A DNA stretch of 64,000 nt from Nitrospira sp. (GCA_047150005.1 AP038806.1:32001-96000); one strand, 5' to 3'. Numbered from the stretch's first letter, positions 28,804 to 40,523 are shown. The notes: a model not told the origin generated them from the sequence alone. A program made the numbers and translations.

Positions 28804-30264
28804 ATGCAAAAGACCCGCATTATCTGCACGATCGGCCCGGCCACAGAATCCTACGAGATGTTGCAGAAGATGCACGAGGCCGGGATGACGATCGCGCGAC
28901 TGAACATGTCCCATGGCGACCACGACTTCCACGCCAAGGTCATTCAGCACATCAAGACACTCAACAAGAAGGTCAAGTTTCCCATCCCCATCCTCCTCGA
29001 TACACAAGGCCCGGCAATCCGCACCGGGAACCTCTCCAACGAGCTTGATCTGCGGCAGGGCGCCATCGTATCCGTCACCACGCGCGGGCAGATGGACGTT
29101 GAAGAGAGCTCCATCCATATCGACTACGAGGACTTGCTTGAGCAGGTCAACGTCGGGGACAAGATCACCGTGGATAACGGGCTGATCAATTTGGAGGTGT
29201 TGGAGAAGCAAGAGCGCGTGATGCGGTGCCGCGTCTTGGACGGTGGACTCTTGAAGAGCAAGCGCCACGTCAACCTCCCGGGTATCCGTGTCAATCTGCC
29301 GGCGATCACCCAAAAGGACACCAAGGATATCCTGTTCGGTCTGGAACGGGATGTGGACTTCATCGCGCTGTCTTTCGTCCGTGAAGCCGCGGATATTCAG
29401 CAACTCAAGGCACTCATGGGTGAAAAGGTCGGGCGGGTGAAGATTATCGCAAAGATCGAGGACCAGGAAGGCGTTCGAAACCTGGAAGAGATCATCAAGG
29501 AATCGGACGGCATCATGGTCGCGCGGGGAGATCTGGGGGTGGAGATCAACATCGAGGATCTCCCGAACGTTCAGCGCAGAATCGTCCAACTCTGTGCCGA
29601 GCATGGAAAGCGGGTGATCGTCGCAACCCATCTGCTCGAATCCATGATTCACAATCCGCACCCCACCCGCGCCGAGGTCACCGACGTCGCCAACGCGATC
29701 TATGAAGAAGTCGACGCCGTCATGCTGTCCGGGGAAACCACGGTCGGGAAGTATCCGGAGAAGTGTGTCGAATACCTACGCAAGATCGCGCTGAAATCCG
29801 AGACGATACCCGGACTGCGGTTCGCGAAACAATTGCGCGATGCGGGCAATAAACAACAACTGGCGGCGGCGGCCGTTCAGCTCGCCGAGGGAGTCAACGC
29901 CAAGGGAATCGTCGTGATCACCAGACGTGGACTCATGGCCGATCTCGTTGCAAACTGCCGTCCCTTCAGTACCGACATCTACGCCTTTACCAACATGAGC
30001 CAACCGCGACGGACCATGATGCTCAACCGTGGTGTCTTTCCTTTCAAGATCGATTTCAGTTCGGACCCTGAAAAGACACTGCAGACGGCGTTCCGGATCT
30101 TGAAGGACCGAGAACAATTTCAGGCCGGGGACAAGGTCGTGATCATCTCGGACGTCCTGGCTCAGCAACGGGTCGACTCGATTCAGATTCGCGACGTCCC
30201 CTCCGATGACAGTTCATCCGACACAACTCCCGCAACAGGTGCAGTCTCCTCATCGATCGGGTAA
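28804..30264 (+). CDS. pyk: Pyruvate kinase
   Basis: KTRIICTIGPA, RLNMSHG, DTQGP, AKIE, MVARGDLG, MLSGET. Confidence 0.97.
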   Translation: MQKTRIICTIGPATESYEMLQKMHEAGMTIARLNMSHGDHDFHAKVIQHIKTLNKKVKFPIPILLDTQGPAIRTGNLSNELDLRQGAIVSVTTRGQMDVEESSIHIDYEDLLEQVNVGDKITVDNGLINLEVLEKQERVMRCRVLDGGLLKSKRHVNLPGIRVNLPAITQKDTKDILFGLERDVDFIALSFVREAADIQQLKALMGEKVGRVKIIAKIEDQEGVRNLEEIIKESDGIMVARGDLGVEINIEDLPNVQRRIVQLCAEHGKRVIVATHLLESMIHNPHPTRAEVTDVANAIYEEVDAVMLSGETTVGKYPEKCVEYLRKIALKSETIPGLRFAKQLRDAGNKQQLAAAAVQLAEGVNAKGIVVITRRGLMADLVANCRPFSTDIYAFTNMSQPRRTMMLNRGVFPFKIDFSSDPEKTLQTAFRILKDREQFQAGDKVVIISDVLAQQRVDSIQIRDVPSDDSSSDTTPATGAVSSSIG

Positions 30265-30381
30265 GCCTTCTGACTCACACCCCCCCTTGCCCGGGTTCTG
30301 CGCCACCACCTCGTCACTATCCAGTTCCGCAACTCACATTCTCTAGATCAACAATCGGACCCATGGTAGGCTTCGTCCACG

Positions 30382-31440
30382 ATGCGTAGGCATGACGGCC
30401 GTGTCTTAAATCAACGTGAACCAACGAAAGAGCATCTTCGGCAGCTTTCTCAGCGAATGCCGAAGGCCGAGCTGCATGTGCACATTGAAGGCAGTCTGGA
30501 ACCGGAGATGGCGTTCCGTCTGGCCGATCGCAACGGTGTCCGGCTGAACTATTCGAGTATGGAAACCTTGCGTGCGGCGTATGCCTTCACCAATCTGCAA
30601 GACTTTCTGGATCTTTACTATACCGGCATGACGGTCCTGTTGAAGGAACAGGACTTCTACGATCTCACGTGGGCTTACCTGCTGCGGGCGCATCAGGACA
30701 ACGTGGTGCATGTGGAGATATTCTTTGATCCGCAGGCACATCTCGAGCGCAGGGTTCCGCTTGACGTGCAAATCAGCGGCATTCGCCGTGCGCTGCAGGC
30801 CGGCAAGGAGCGGTTGGGCATCAGCTCCAGGCTGATTCTGTCATTCCTTCGCCATCTGTCTGAAGACAACGCCTTTGAAACGCTGGAGCTGGCCCACCTC
30901 TTTCTGGATCAGCTGGATGGCTTCGGGCTGGATTCCTCGGAGATCGGCCACCCGCCCAAAAAGTTTGCACGCGTGTTCGCCAGGTGCAAGGAGCTAGGCT
31001 ATAAGATCACCGCTCACGCGGGCGAGGAAGGTCCGCCGGACTATGTCCATCAGGCACTGGACCTGCTGCAAGTAGACCGCATCGATCACGGCAACCATTC
31101 GTTGGAGGATGCTGCGCTGGTGCAGCGACTGGTCAATGAAGGCAAAACGATCACCGTCTGCCCGCTCTCCAATCTAAAACTCTGTGTTGTGAGGAACATG
31201 GAACAGCACCCGATTCTGACCATGCTCGAACAGGGTCTCAAAGCGACGGTCAATTCGGATGACCCGGCCTATTTCGGCGGATATGTGAACGACAACTACC
31301 GTGCGCTCATTGAACACCTGCCTCTCACCCGCGAACACCTCTACCGGCTGGCGCGCAATTCCTTCGAAGGCGCCTGGATCAGTGAAGAAGAGAAAACCCG
31401 GCACCTGGATGAACTCGACCGAGCATTCGCGCTGGAATGA
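30382..31440 (+). CDS. Adenine/adenosine deaminase
   Basis: PKAELHVHIEG, HAGEE, RIDHG, CPLSN, NSDDPAYFGG. Start uncertain. Confidence 0.93.
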   Translation: MRRHDGRVLNQREPTKEHLRQLSQRMPKAELHVHIEGSLEPEMAFRLADRNGVRLNYSSMETLRAAYAFTNLQDFLDLYYTGMTVLLKEQDFYDLTWAYLLRAHQDNVVHVEIFFDPQAHLERRVPLDVQISGIRRALQAGKERLGISSRLILSFLRHLSEDNAFETLELAHLFLDQLDGFGLDSSEIGHPPKKFARVFARCKELGYKITAHAGEEGPPDYVHQALDLLQVDRIDHGNHSLEDAALVQRLVNEGKTITVCPLSNLKLCVVRNMEQHPILTMLEQGLKATVNSDDPAYFGGYVNDNYRALIEHLPLTREHLYRLARNSFEGAWISEEEKTRHLDELDRAFALE

Positions 31441-31477
31441 AAAGGCGCCGGTAACATTCGCGGCGCGTGGCGGGCCG
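31441..31477 (+). repeat. Intergenic repeat A copy 6 (ATTCGCGGCGCGTGGCGGGCCG)
   Basis: 21/22 identity to the 2545 copy. Core starts 16 nt after the deaminase stop. Confidence 0.85.
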
Positions 31478-31592
31478 ATTACTTCGTTCCGCTCCCCTGG
31501 CTGTTCACAGGAAACAGCTCTAACCTCTCGTTTCCTATCGTTTCTCTCTCCCTCTTGAATCTCATTCATATCTCGCCTCATAATTTCCGGCC

Positions 31593-33536
31593 ATGATCTC
31601 CCCACCGTTCGATGACTCCACGCCGCTCCAGAATCTTGAAACCGACGAGGCATTGCGGGCGATTCTCCAAGGGACTGCGACCGAAACGGGACATGGATTC
31701 TTCGCCGCGCTGGTGCAAAATCTGTCGAAAGCGCTCGGCACGCATGGAGCCTGGGTTACAGAGTATTTTCCCGAGACCCGCCGTCTTCGCGCCCTCGCGT
31801 TCTGGATGGACGGCCAGTGGGTCAAAGACTATGAAGTGGATATCGCCGGAACACCCTGCGAACGCGTGATTGACACCGCCAAACTGGTGCATTTCCCCGA
31901 CCGCGTTCTGGAGATCTATCCCCGCGAGGATAAACTGAAGGCAGCCGGAGTCGTCAGCTACATGGGCGTCCCGCTCCAAGATCTCGATGGGCATGTTCTC
32001 GGACACATGGCGGTGATCGACCGCCGGCCCATTCCCGAAGAACCGCGGGTTCAAGCGATCTTTCAGATCTTCGCTGCACGGGCTGCGGCTGAGTTGCAGC
32101 GCCTTCTGGCAGAAGCGAAGGTGCGTCAGCGGGAAGAACAAGTCGGGCGGCTTCTCAGTAGCGCGATGGATGCGATCATCGAGCTGGATGATGAACTCCA
32201 CATCATGCGCGTGAACCCAGCCACTGAAAGAGCATTCCGCTGTCGGGCGGACGATATGACCGGTCAGAACTTCCGATGCTTCGTGAGTCCGGATGATGCC
32301 GGCAAGCTAGTAGCCCTGATCGCCGAGTTAGATGGACGTCCCGATGGTCAGCAGTCGCGCTGGGTTCCCGGCGGCCTCGCCGCCCGCTGTCCCGACGGCG
32401 ACGTCTTCCCTGCCGAAGCAACGCTCTCCCTTTTCGAGTTACACCGCCGGAACTTCACGACATTGATCCTCCGCAATGTACTTGATCGGGTGGAAGCGGA
32501 GAACAAGATCAAGTCGCTTACCGCGGAGACCGAATTATTGCGGGAGGAATTGCAGGCCCTCCACCCCGACGAAGCCTTGATCGGCGAGAGCCAGGCGCTT
32601 CGACAGGTTTTACACGACATCGGTCAAGTCGCCGAAACCGACGCGACAGTGCTTATCCTGGGTGAGACAGGCACCGGCAAGGAGAGAGTGGCGCGCGCGA
32701 TCCATGCGGCCAGTACGCGCCGGGCACGTCAGTTAATCATCGTGAATTGCGCGGCGATTCCCGCCACACTGATAGAGAGTGAATTGTTCGGTCATGAAGC
32801 CGGGGCATTTACCGGCGCGACCAAAAAGCGCGAAGGCCGCTTTGCCCTCGCCGACAAGGGCACCATCTTTCTCGACGAGATCGGGGAACTCCCGCTCGGC
32901 CTGCAATCAAAACTGCTCCGAGTACTCCAAGAAAGCGAGTTTGATGCCGTCGGCAGCTCTACTGCCAAGAAGGTCAACGTTCGGGTACTGGCCGCAACGA
33001 ATCGTGATCTGGAGAAATCCGTCCGGGAGTGACAATTCCGTGATGATCTGTTTTACCGGCTGAACGTGTTTCCTCTGCGTCTACCGCCTTTGCGCGAGCG
33101 CGATGACGATGTGGTGCGTCTGGCCTCTGCCTTCGCCCGCCGTTTCGCCGCCAAAATGGGCCGCGCGATCGCGCCGTTGACAGCCGAGCATGCCCGCCGG
33201 ATCAAGAGTTACAGTTGGCCCGGAAATGTGAGGGAACTGCAGAATGTGATCGAGCGGGCCGTGATTACAGCTACCGACGGCCAGTTGAATCTGGATCGCG
33301 CCTTACCGGAAGCCACGACCACGCCTCTCTCATTCGACCGTACAAGCGAGTCCAGGCCCGGACTCATTCGCACCGCGAAAGAAATGGAGAACCTGGAGCG
33401 CGGGAATATCATGCGCGCGCTCGACGTTGCAAAGTGGAAAGTCTCCGGCGAGAAAGGCGCGGCAGCGCTGCTAGGCATGAACGCCTCGACCCTCTCGTCG
33501 CGTATGAAAGCGTTGAAGATTCACAGGCCCAGCTGA
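31593..33536 (+). pseudogene. Sigma54-dependent activator (GAF-PAS-AAA+-HTH, FhlA-like) with an in-frame TGA at 33030-33032
   Basis: GETGTGKE, GAFTGA, FLDEIGE. VRE*QFRDDLFYRLNVFP continues in the same frame to WPGNVRELQN and the HTH. Confidence 0.85.
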
Positions 33537-33589
33537 ACCTACATTCTCTCTCGAACCGTCTCTTTGTTTCTCTCCGCTCTGTCACAGCT

Positions 33590-33735
33590 TTTCACGAGGA
33601 CTTGCGACATTTCACAAATCCTCTCATGACATTTCATGAATCGTGAAACCTCACAGACCCCATCGCGGCCGTGCACCCTCCAACCTCTGGAAATTCGATA
33701 ACGTCATCAATGCATCGTTCTGGCATCGATGCTGC
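33590..33735 (+). promoter_or_regulatory. Sigma54 promoter (-24/-12 TGGCATCGATGCTGC, 33721-33735) with upstream candidate activator sites
   Basis: GG-N10-GC spacing. GACATTTCA direct repeats at 33606 and 33628, plus TTTCACGA and TCGTGAAA, reminiscent of FhlA-type UAS. Confidence 0.7.
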
Positions 33736-33826
33736 TCTAGAGATCCCGCACCGGGACAATCACTTACAGCAAGAAGGAATTCAAGCTGTACATCAGGCTC
33801 ACATTTCTGAGAAAGCACGATCAGAC

Positions 33827-34975
33827 ATGATAGCGACAAGATGTTTAATCGCAACAATGTTTCTGCTGGTCGGTTGTGGGTCCAAGAAGGAGCCCCCCAC
33901 GGCTGTGGTGTCGTTCGCGTTGCAGGAGACCATTCAGGCTGAAGTTGTTGACATCAAACACACTTCGGTGCCCATCCGCGTTGAAGTGACCGGTCAGGTG
34001 GCGGCAATCTTCCAGGCTGCGCTTTCCAGCCGTATCCAAGGAACCGTCGATACACTGTTCGTTCGAGAAGGCACATCGGTCGTCAAGGGACAGACGCTCA
34101 TTCAGCTGGATAACCGCGACGTACAGGCCGACTTGGCGCGTGCCGCGGCGGATGTAGAGAACACGAAGGCCCAGTTCGACCGCATGAACCAGCTGTACGC
34201 CGAAGATGCCGTTTCAAAACAGGAAATGGAGAATGCGACTCGTGCTTACAAGGTAGCGGAAGCCAACCGCAAGGCAGTGCTCGCACAGCTGAGTTATACG
34301 ATTGTCAAGGCGCCGTTCGAGGGCATCATTACCGAGAAAATGGTGGAAGCAGGTGAACTGGCCTCGGCAGGACAGCTCCTGTTGAGGATGGAAAATCCCC
34401 GGCAATTACGGCTTAACGCGACTGTGGCGGAGGGAGATTTGAAATCGATATCTCTCGGAGACAAGATTTCTGTGGTGATTGACGCCGTGGGTGATCAAGC
34501 GCTGGACGGCGTCGTCGGCCAAATTCTGCCAGCTGGCGATTCGCAAACCCACACGTTCACCGTGAAAGTGGACTTACCTGCGGAATCTGGGTTGAAAACT
34601 GGTATGTTCGGACGATTCCAATTGGATAAAGGAACTAGCAAGACGATTCTCGTGCCATGGACCGCCGTCGTCGAACGGGGTGAACTCACGAGCGTCTTTG
34701 CCGTTGGCTCAGATGGAATCGCCCGCCTTCGCTGGGTCAAAGTCGGTCGGCGGCTCGACCAACAGGTCGAAATCCTGTCCGGTGTGAATGTCGGCGAGTC
34801 GGTGCTGCTTGATGCGACCCGCGGCATCGACGGCGCGGCAGTCAGGATCGTCCATGCAGCGGGATCGCCCGTCCTGCCGACACTGTGTCGCGTGCCGTGT
34901 CAGTCACCTCAGTCACGGGTTGCGAGTTCTGTCTTCAAGGGTTCTGCTAGCGGTCTCTATACCTTGAAACATTAA
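33827..34975 (+). CDS. RND efflux periplasmic adaptor (membrane fusion protein), lipoprotein
   Basis: LVGC lipobox, barrel-sandwich/hairpin motifs (VREG..V.KGQ, IVKAPFEG), LKTGMFG. Confidence 0.9.
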   Translation: MIATRCLIATMFLLVGCGSKKEPPTAVVSFALQETIQAEVVDIKHTSVPIRVEVTGQVAAIFQAALSSRIQGTVDTLFVREGTSVVKGQTLIQLDNRDVQADLARAAADVENTKAQFDRMNQLYAEDAVSKQEMENATRAYKVAEANRKAVLAQLSYTIVKAPFEGIITEKMVEAGELASAGQLLLRMENPRQLRLNATVAEGDLKSISLGDKISVVIDAVGDQALDGVVGQILPAGDSQTHTFTVKVDLPAESGLKTGMFGRFQLDKGTSKTILVPWTAVVERGELTSVFAVGSDGIARLRWVKVGRRLDQQVEILSGVNVGESVLLDATRGIDGAAVRIVHAAGSPVLPTLCRVPCQSPQSRVASSVFKGSASGLYTLKH

Positions 34976-35858
34976 AGTCAGAAACGGCTAACGAATGACG
35001 AACTACCGCCATGGCCTTTCCGGCCGTATCGCCGCCCTCTTCATCGGCAGCAAGCTGACGCCGCTCATCATGTTGGGGGCGTTGCTTCTGGGACTGTTTG
35101 CGGTCATTGCGACGCCACGTGAAGAAGAACCGCAGATCGTCGTTCCCATGGCCGATGTCTGGCTGCCGTTTCCCGGCGCCTCCGCCAAGATCGTCGAAGA
35201 ACAACTGACCAAGCCGTTCGAGCGCAAGCTCTCCGACATTAAGGGTGTGGAGTACGTGTATTCGATTTCAAGGCCGGACGGGGCGCTGATCATCGTCCGT
35301 TTCTATGTTGGCCAGCCGATGGAGCAGAGTTTGGTCGATCTCTATGACAAGCTGATGTCAAATCAGGACCTCTTGCCGCCGGGGGCCGAACCCTTTGTGG
35401 TTAAGCCAAAGGATGTGAACGACATCCCGATCGTGACGATCACCCTGTCGAGTGAACAGTATGGCGAATTCGAATTGCATCAATTGGCTGAGCAGGTGTT
35501 GGAGGAGGCCAAGAAGGTGGCCGGCACATCCGGTGGCTTCATCGTCGGCGGCCGGGCGCGCGAGCTGCGGGTACAGATAGACCCGGCAAGGCTGAAGGCC
35601 TATGGGCTGACTCCCTTGCAACTCGCGGCCGTCATTCGCAGAGAGAATCGAGCTTTGCCGACGGGCCGGTTCGACAGCCGCAATCAGAACTTCCTTGTGG
35701 AGACCGGCCGCTTCGTTCGATCGCGGGAAGACCTGGAAGGCTTGGTCGTCGGCGTGAGCGATCAACGACCGGTCTACCTGAGGCAAACGGCAGAGATCAT
35801 CGACGGGCCGGCCGAAACGGCGAGCTATGTCTGGTTCGGTCTCGGCGCCGGTGATGCC

Positions 35859-35926
35859 CGTGAAACGTTGAGCGTGAAACGTGAAGCGGGGCTTACGAAC
35901 GACGCTTCACGAGATACGCTTCACGA
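35859..35926. repeat. Heptamer-periodic palindromic element embedded in frame in the RND gene
   Basis: CGTGAAA-CGTTGAG-CGTGAAA-CGTGAAG facing ACGCTTC-ACGAGAT-ACGCTTC-ACGA. CGTGAAGCG (35880) is the inverse of CGCTTCACG (35903, 35917). Confidence 0.7.
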
Positions 35927-37811
35927 ATATCCCGCGGTGACCGTGGCCATTGCCAAGCAGGCTGGCGTCAACGCGGTGACTGTGGCCCAGAACGTGATCC
36001 GCAAGGTTGAAGACATGAAAGGCGTGACGGTGCCGTCGGATGTCCGAGTCACCATCACGCGTGATTACGGGGAGACCGCGCAAGAGAAGGCCAACGAACT
36101 GCTGTGGCACCTGCTCATCGCCGTCGTTGCCGTGGTCCTCTTCCTCGGCGTTGCGTTGGGACCGCGCCCGGCTTTCGTTGTATCCATCGCGATTCCACTC
36201 ACTCTTGCTTTGACACTCTTTACTTCCATGCTCATCGGCTATACGATCAACCGCGCAACGCTATTCGCCCTGATCTTCTCCATCGGCATTCTGGTGGACG
36301 ACGCCATTGTCGTCGTCGAGAACACGTACCGACATCTGCGGCTGCGCCTTCGTCCCCATGACGAAGCGGCCATTTATGCCGTCGATGAAGTCGGAAACCC
36401 GACGATTCTGGCGACCTTCACGGTCATCGCCGCGCTCCTTCCGATAGCGTTCATATCCGGTTTGATCGGCCCCTACATGAGGCCGATTCCCATCAATGCC
36501 TCCATCGCCATGTTCTTTTCCTTGCTCGTCGCCTTCGTGGTGATCCCGTGGTTCTGCCGAACCTGCTATCGTCCCGGGGTTGTCGTCAAAGGCGTTGCTC
36601 ACGACGAAAATGAAACCGGCTTAACGGCGCGCCTCTATCGGCGGGCGCTCTCTCCTCTGCTGGTCCGGCCGTTGTTGGCCTATTCGTTTTTGGGCGTGGT
36701 CGCGATCTTGTTGGTCGGATCATGCCTCTTGTTTTACACGCGACACGTGGTCATGAAGATGCTGCCCTTCGACAATAAGAGTGAGTTCCAGTTGGTGATC
36801 GATATGCCGGAAGGGACGACGCTGGAGGAAACCGCCCAGGCCACTAAGGCTCTGACGCAATATGTCCGCAGCGTTCCCGAGGTGCGAGACTACCAGGCCT
36901 ATGTCGGTACGGCCTCCCCCTTCAACTTCAACGGCCTGATGCGCCATTACTTCCTCCGGTCGTTGCCGCACGAGGCCGATATTCAGATCAACCTGGTGCC
37001 CAAGGCTGAACGACGAACTCAGAGCCATGACATCGCGCAGCGGATTCGTCCCTCTATTCAAGAGATCGCGCGGCAGTATGGCGCGAACGTCAAGATCGTT
37101 GAAGTGCCGCCGGGTCCGCCCGTCCAGTCGGTGTTGGTGGCGGAGATTTACGGACCCGACTATGACCGGCAACTTGCCGTAGCGAGCGAGGTTCGAGCTC
37201 TGTTCGAGTCCACACAGGGGGTTGTCGATGTAGACGATTCGGTCGAGGCGGATCAGGTGAAGTACGTCTTCACGGTCGATCAAGCGAAAGCCGCTCTCGC
37301 CGGAATTCCTTCCGAGGAGATTGTGAACACGTTGCACATGGCATTGAGTGGAACAAAAGTCGGGCTCGTCCATATTCCTCGCGAGAAGAGCCCCGTACAA
37401 ATCGTGCTGCGTTTACCGTTGGCGGAGAGGACGGGCCTCGAACATATCGGCGAACTTGGATTGCGGACAATGAGCGGCGCGATCGTTCAGCTCTCCGAAC
37501 TGCTCACGGTCGAGGAGATGGTCCAAGACAAGGCGATTTACCATAAGAACCAGAAGCCGGTGGTCTATGTGGTCGCAGATGTGGGAGGACCAGGCGCAGA
37601 GAAGGCAGAGAGTCCCGTGTACGGCGTCCTCGAAGTCGGAAAGAAACTGAACAACTATCGGCCGGTCGAAGGATATCGGATTGAACAATACTACGCCTCC
37701 CAACCCTGGTCGGAAGATACGATCGCGATGAAATGGGACGGGGAATGGCACATCACCTATGAGACGTTCCGAGACATGGGCATCGCCTTTGCCGTTGCGA
37801 TGTTGCTGATT

Positions 37812-38960
37812 TGTGGAAGCTAGAACTTAATCTGACAGTCAGCTAGAGTCCTCCCTCTTCACGAAAGGAGCGAGGACCATGACGACGGAACAAAAGATCA
37901 TTAAGACGAAAGTCGGCGTGCTGGAACTGGCGAAGCAGCTCGGCAATGTCTCCAAAGCCTGCCAGCTGATGGGGTATAGCCGCGATAGTTTCTATCGATT
38001 CAAGGAACTCTACGAGACCGGCGGCGAGGCCGCGCTTCAAGAGATTTCGCGGCAGAAGCCGCTCCTCAAGAATCGGGTGGCACCCGAGGTGGAACAGGCC
38101 ATCGTGCAGATCGCTATTGAGCAACCCGCGTGGGGACAAGCCCGCGTGGCGAATGAACTGCGCAAGCAGGCGCTGTCCATCTCCCCAGCGGGCGTGCGCT
38201 GTATCTGGCTCCGCCATGATCTCGCAACGATGCGGAAACGCTTAAAGGCACTGGAAGCGAAGGTAGCCCAAGCGGGACTGGTGCTTACCGAGGCCCAAGT
38301 CGTGGCGCTGGAGAAGGCGACGGCGGACAAAGAGGCCCACGGCGAATTTGAGAGCGAATGTCCCGGCTACTGCGGCGCGCAGGATACGTTCTACGTCGGC
38401 ACCTTGAAGGGCGTCGGCCGCATCTACCAGCAAACCTTCATCGATACCTACAGCAAGGTGGGATTTGCGAAGCTGTACGACCGCAAGACGCCGGTGACGG
38501 CCGCGGAATTGCTCAATGATCGGGTCTTGCCGTTCTTCGAGCAGCATGCCATTCCGCTGAACCGTGTGCTCACGGATCGCGGCACGGAATACTGTGGAAC
38601 TCCGGAGCGCCATGAGTACGAACTCTATCTGGCCGTGGAGAACATCGATCATACGCGCACCAAGACGCGGCATCCCCAGACCAACGGGATCTGTGAACGG
38701 TTCCACAAGACCATGTTGAACGAGTTTTACCGCGTGGCGCTCCGCAAGAAGATCTATCGAACGCTGGAGGACCTCCAGGCTGACTTGGATGCGTGGATCC
38801 AGGAGTACAACGAGCAGCGCCCCCACCAAGGGCGCTGGTGCTATGGCAAGACACCGATGCAGACGTTTCTCGATAGTGTGCCACTGGCCAAGGAGAAAAT
38901 GTTAGCGGCCTAAACCCGGTGAGGACTCGCTGTCTGTCAGATGAAGTCGTGAGTTATACA
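37812..38960 (+). mobile_element. IS481-family insertion sequence, copy 3 (transposase 37879..38913)
   Basis: 1149 bp, TGT...ACA, TSD GCTGATT (37805-37811 / 38961-38967). Confidence 0.95.
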
Positions 38961-39933
38961 GCTGATTTACCTCCTGATCGTCGGGCAGTTCCAATCCTTT
39001 CTCACGCCGCTGATTATCATGGCTCCGATTCCACTCACGCTGATCGGCATTCTACCGGGCCATTGGTTGACAGGGTCGTATTTCACAGCCACGTCAATAA
39101 TTGGCTTCATCGCGCTCGCCGGCATCATCGTCCGGAACTCAATTTTGCTCGTTGATTTTGTCCAGATTCAAGAGCGTGCGGGTGTTCCGTTGCTGGAGGC
39201 AGTCATTAAGGCCGGCGCGATCCGTACCAGACCGATCCTCTTGACGGCCGCCGCGCTCATGGTGGGCGCCTTCGTGATCATTCTCGATCCGATCTTTCAG
39301 GGGCTGGCTGTATCTCTCCTTTTTGGCGTAGGAGCTTCGACGTTGCTCACACTGCTCGTGATCCCATTGCTCTACTATCACATCGTTGGACAAACGCCCC
39401 AATATGGCCGTCATTCCGTCACAAGTGCGATGGCAAACGGAGAAGCGGTCACTCATCGCGTGCAGGCGGAACGAGTTTCGGTTTGAGCGAGCAGATAAGG
39501 CCTTCTGCAAGAGACCGTGGTTTCTCACACCGAGTTCTGCTTTCGTCGTCATCCCTTTATGAGAATTCATACATCCGCTCGGCGGATTTCACGACTTGTG
39601 AGATTTCACGGGTAGCTGGATTTCTCTGCCATACCTCGAACCTGCTGAAATTCCATCTCGATTCTATTTCATCGGGCCAGCATTGAAGCTGCTGCTCAAT
39701 ACCGAGACAGGCGAACTGATCTCCTTCTCCAGCTATACTCCGCCCCCCAGCGGCAAGTGGATGCTTCGCCGTCCACTGATATTGCCGGGTAGTCCAGTGC
39801 CTCTATTCCTCGAAGCTCGTGGTCTCCCTTCGAGGACCGAGTGCAGCCAGGCGAAACCAGTCGCGCCGAACTCTGAACCCACGGCATAAAACAGAGACTC
39901 TCCTCTACTCCGCCCTACACCGTCTCACCGGCG

Positions 39934-40392
39934 TTAGTTCCAATTGTCGATCTTGATGTCGTGGGGCGAGGGCTTCCCTTTCCCGGTCTCAACGAGATCC
40001 CTCAGACTCAACAGGAACGTGGCCCATTTCATGCTGCAATGAGAGGTAAATGCGCTTGCCTCGCGCCAGTTCTTGTGAGCGAAAAGCACGATCGTGTACT
40101 CGCCTTCCTGGGATAGGTTGAAAATGACGTCGGTCCCCATCCATTCCTCTGGACCGGACGCCACGCGCCAACGCACTGTCTTGTCGGCATCGAGCGCTGT
40201 AACTTCCATGACCATGCTACCGATCTCTTTTCCATCCGTAGAATGGAAGCACACTTCAATTGTTCCTCCAATCTTGGATGAGCCGGACGTATGTTTTGTC
40301 CACCAGCCGGTGACGCCATCGACCGTCGATAACGCTGCGTACACTTTCGCAACCGGCGCCTTGATTCCAACCCTGTGCATGATGTCGACCAT
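39934..40392 (-). CDS. SRPBCC (AHSA1-like) domain protein
   Basis: DIMHRVGI.AP..KVY.AL, GPEEW.GT, H.NW...CS.KWA. GGAGG RBS. Confidence 0.9.
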   Translation of the reverse strand: MVDIMHRVGIKAPVAKVYAALSTVDGVTGWWTKHTSGSSKIGGTIEVCFHSTDGKEIGSMVMEVTALDADKTVRWRVASGPEEWMGTDVIFNLSQEGEYTIVLFAHKNWREASAFTSHCSMKWATFLLSLRDLVETGKGKPSPHDIKIDNWN

Positions 40393-40523
40393 AGCTTCCT
40401 CCATTCAGTTGTGACAGATTCTTACAACGTCCCCATAGCCGATCCATCGGCAAGGCTTACCGTCGGCTTTCTTTGTGTAGTCGTTTGGAAACGTCAAAAT
40501 CGACCGTTGCCCCCCCAGGTGTA

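Larger units (their letters stand above)
34995..39486 (+). pseudogene. AcrB/CusA-type RND permease interrupted by IS481 copy 3
   Basis: GILVDDAIVVVEN motif. Removing the IS and one TSD rejoins [15 protein letters not shown]...RTRPILLT in frame. Confidence 0.92.

Noticed and set aside
28606..29661. 351-aa antisense ORF over pyk
   Set aside because: Shadow frame of a GC-rich, strongly biased gene. No motif or RBS.
33030..33032. TGA as selenocysteine
   Set aside because: The position corresponds to Gly, not Cys, and I saw no SECIS-like hairpin directly downstream.
39683..39889. 68-aa ORF after the RND gene
   Set aside because: TTG start without RBS, overlapping the degenerate promoter, and no motif.
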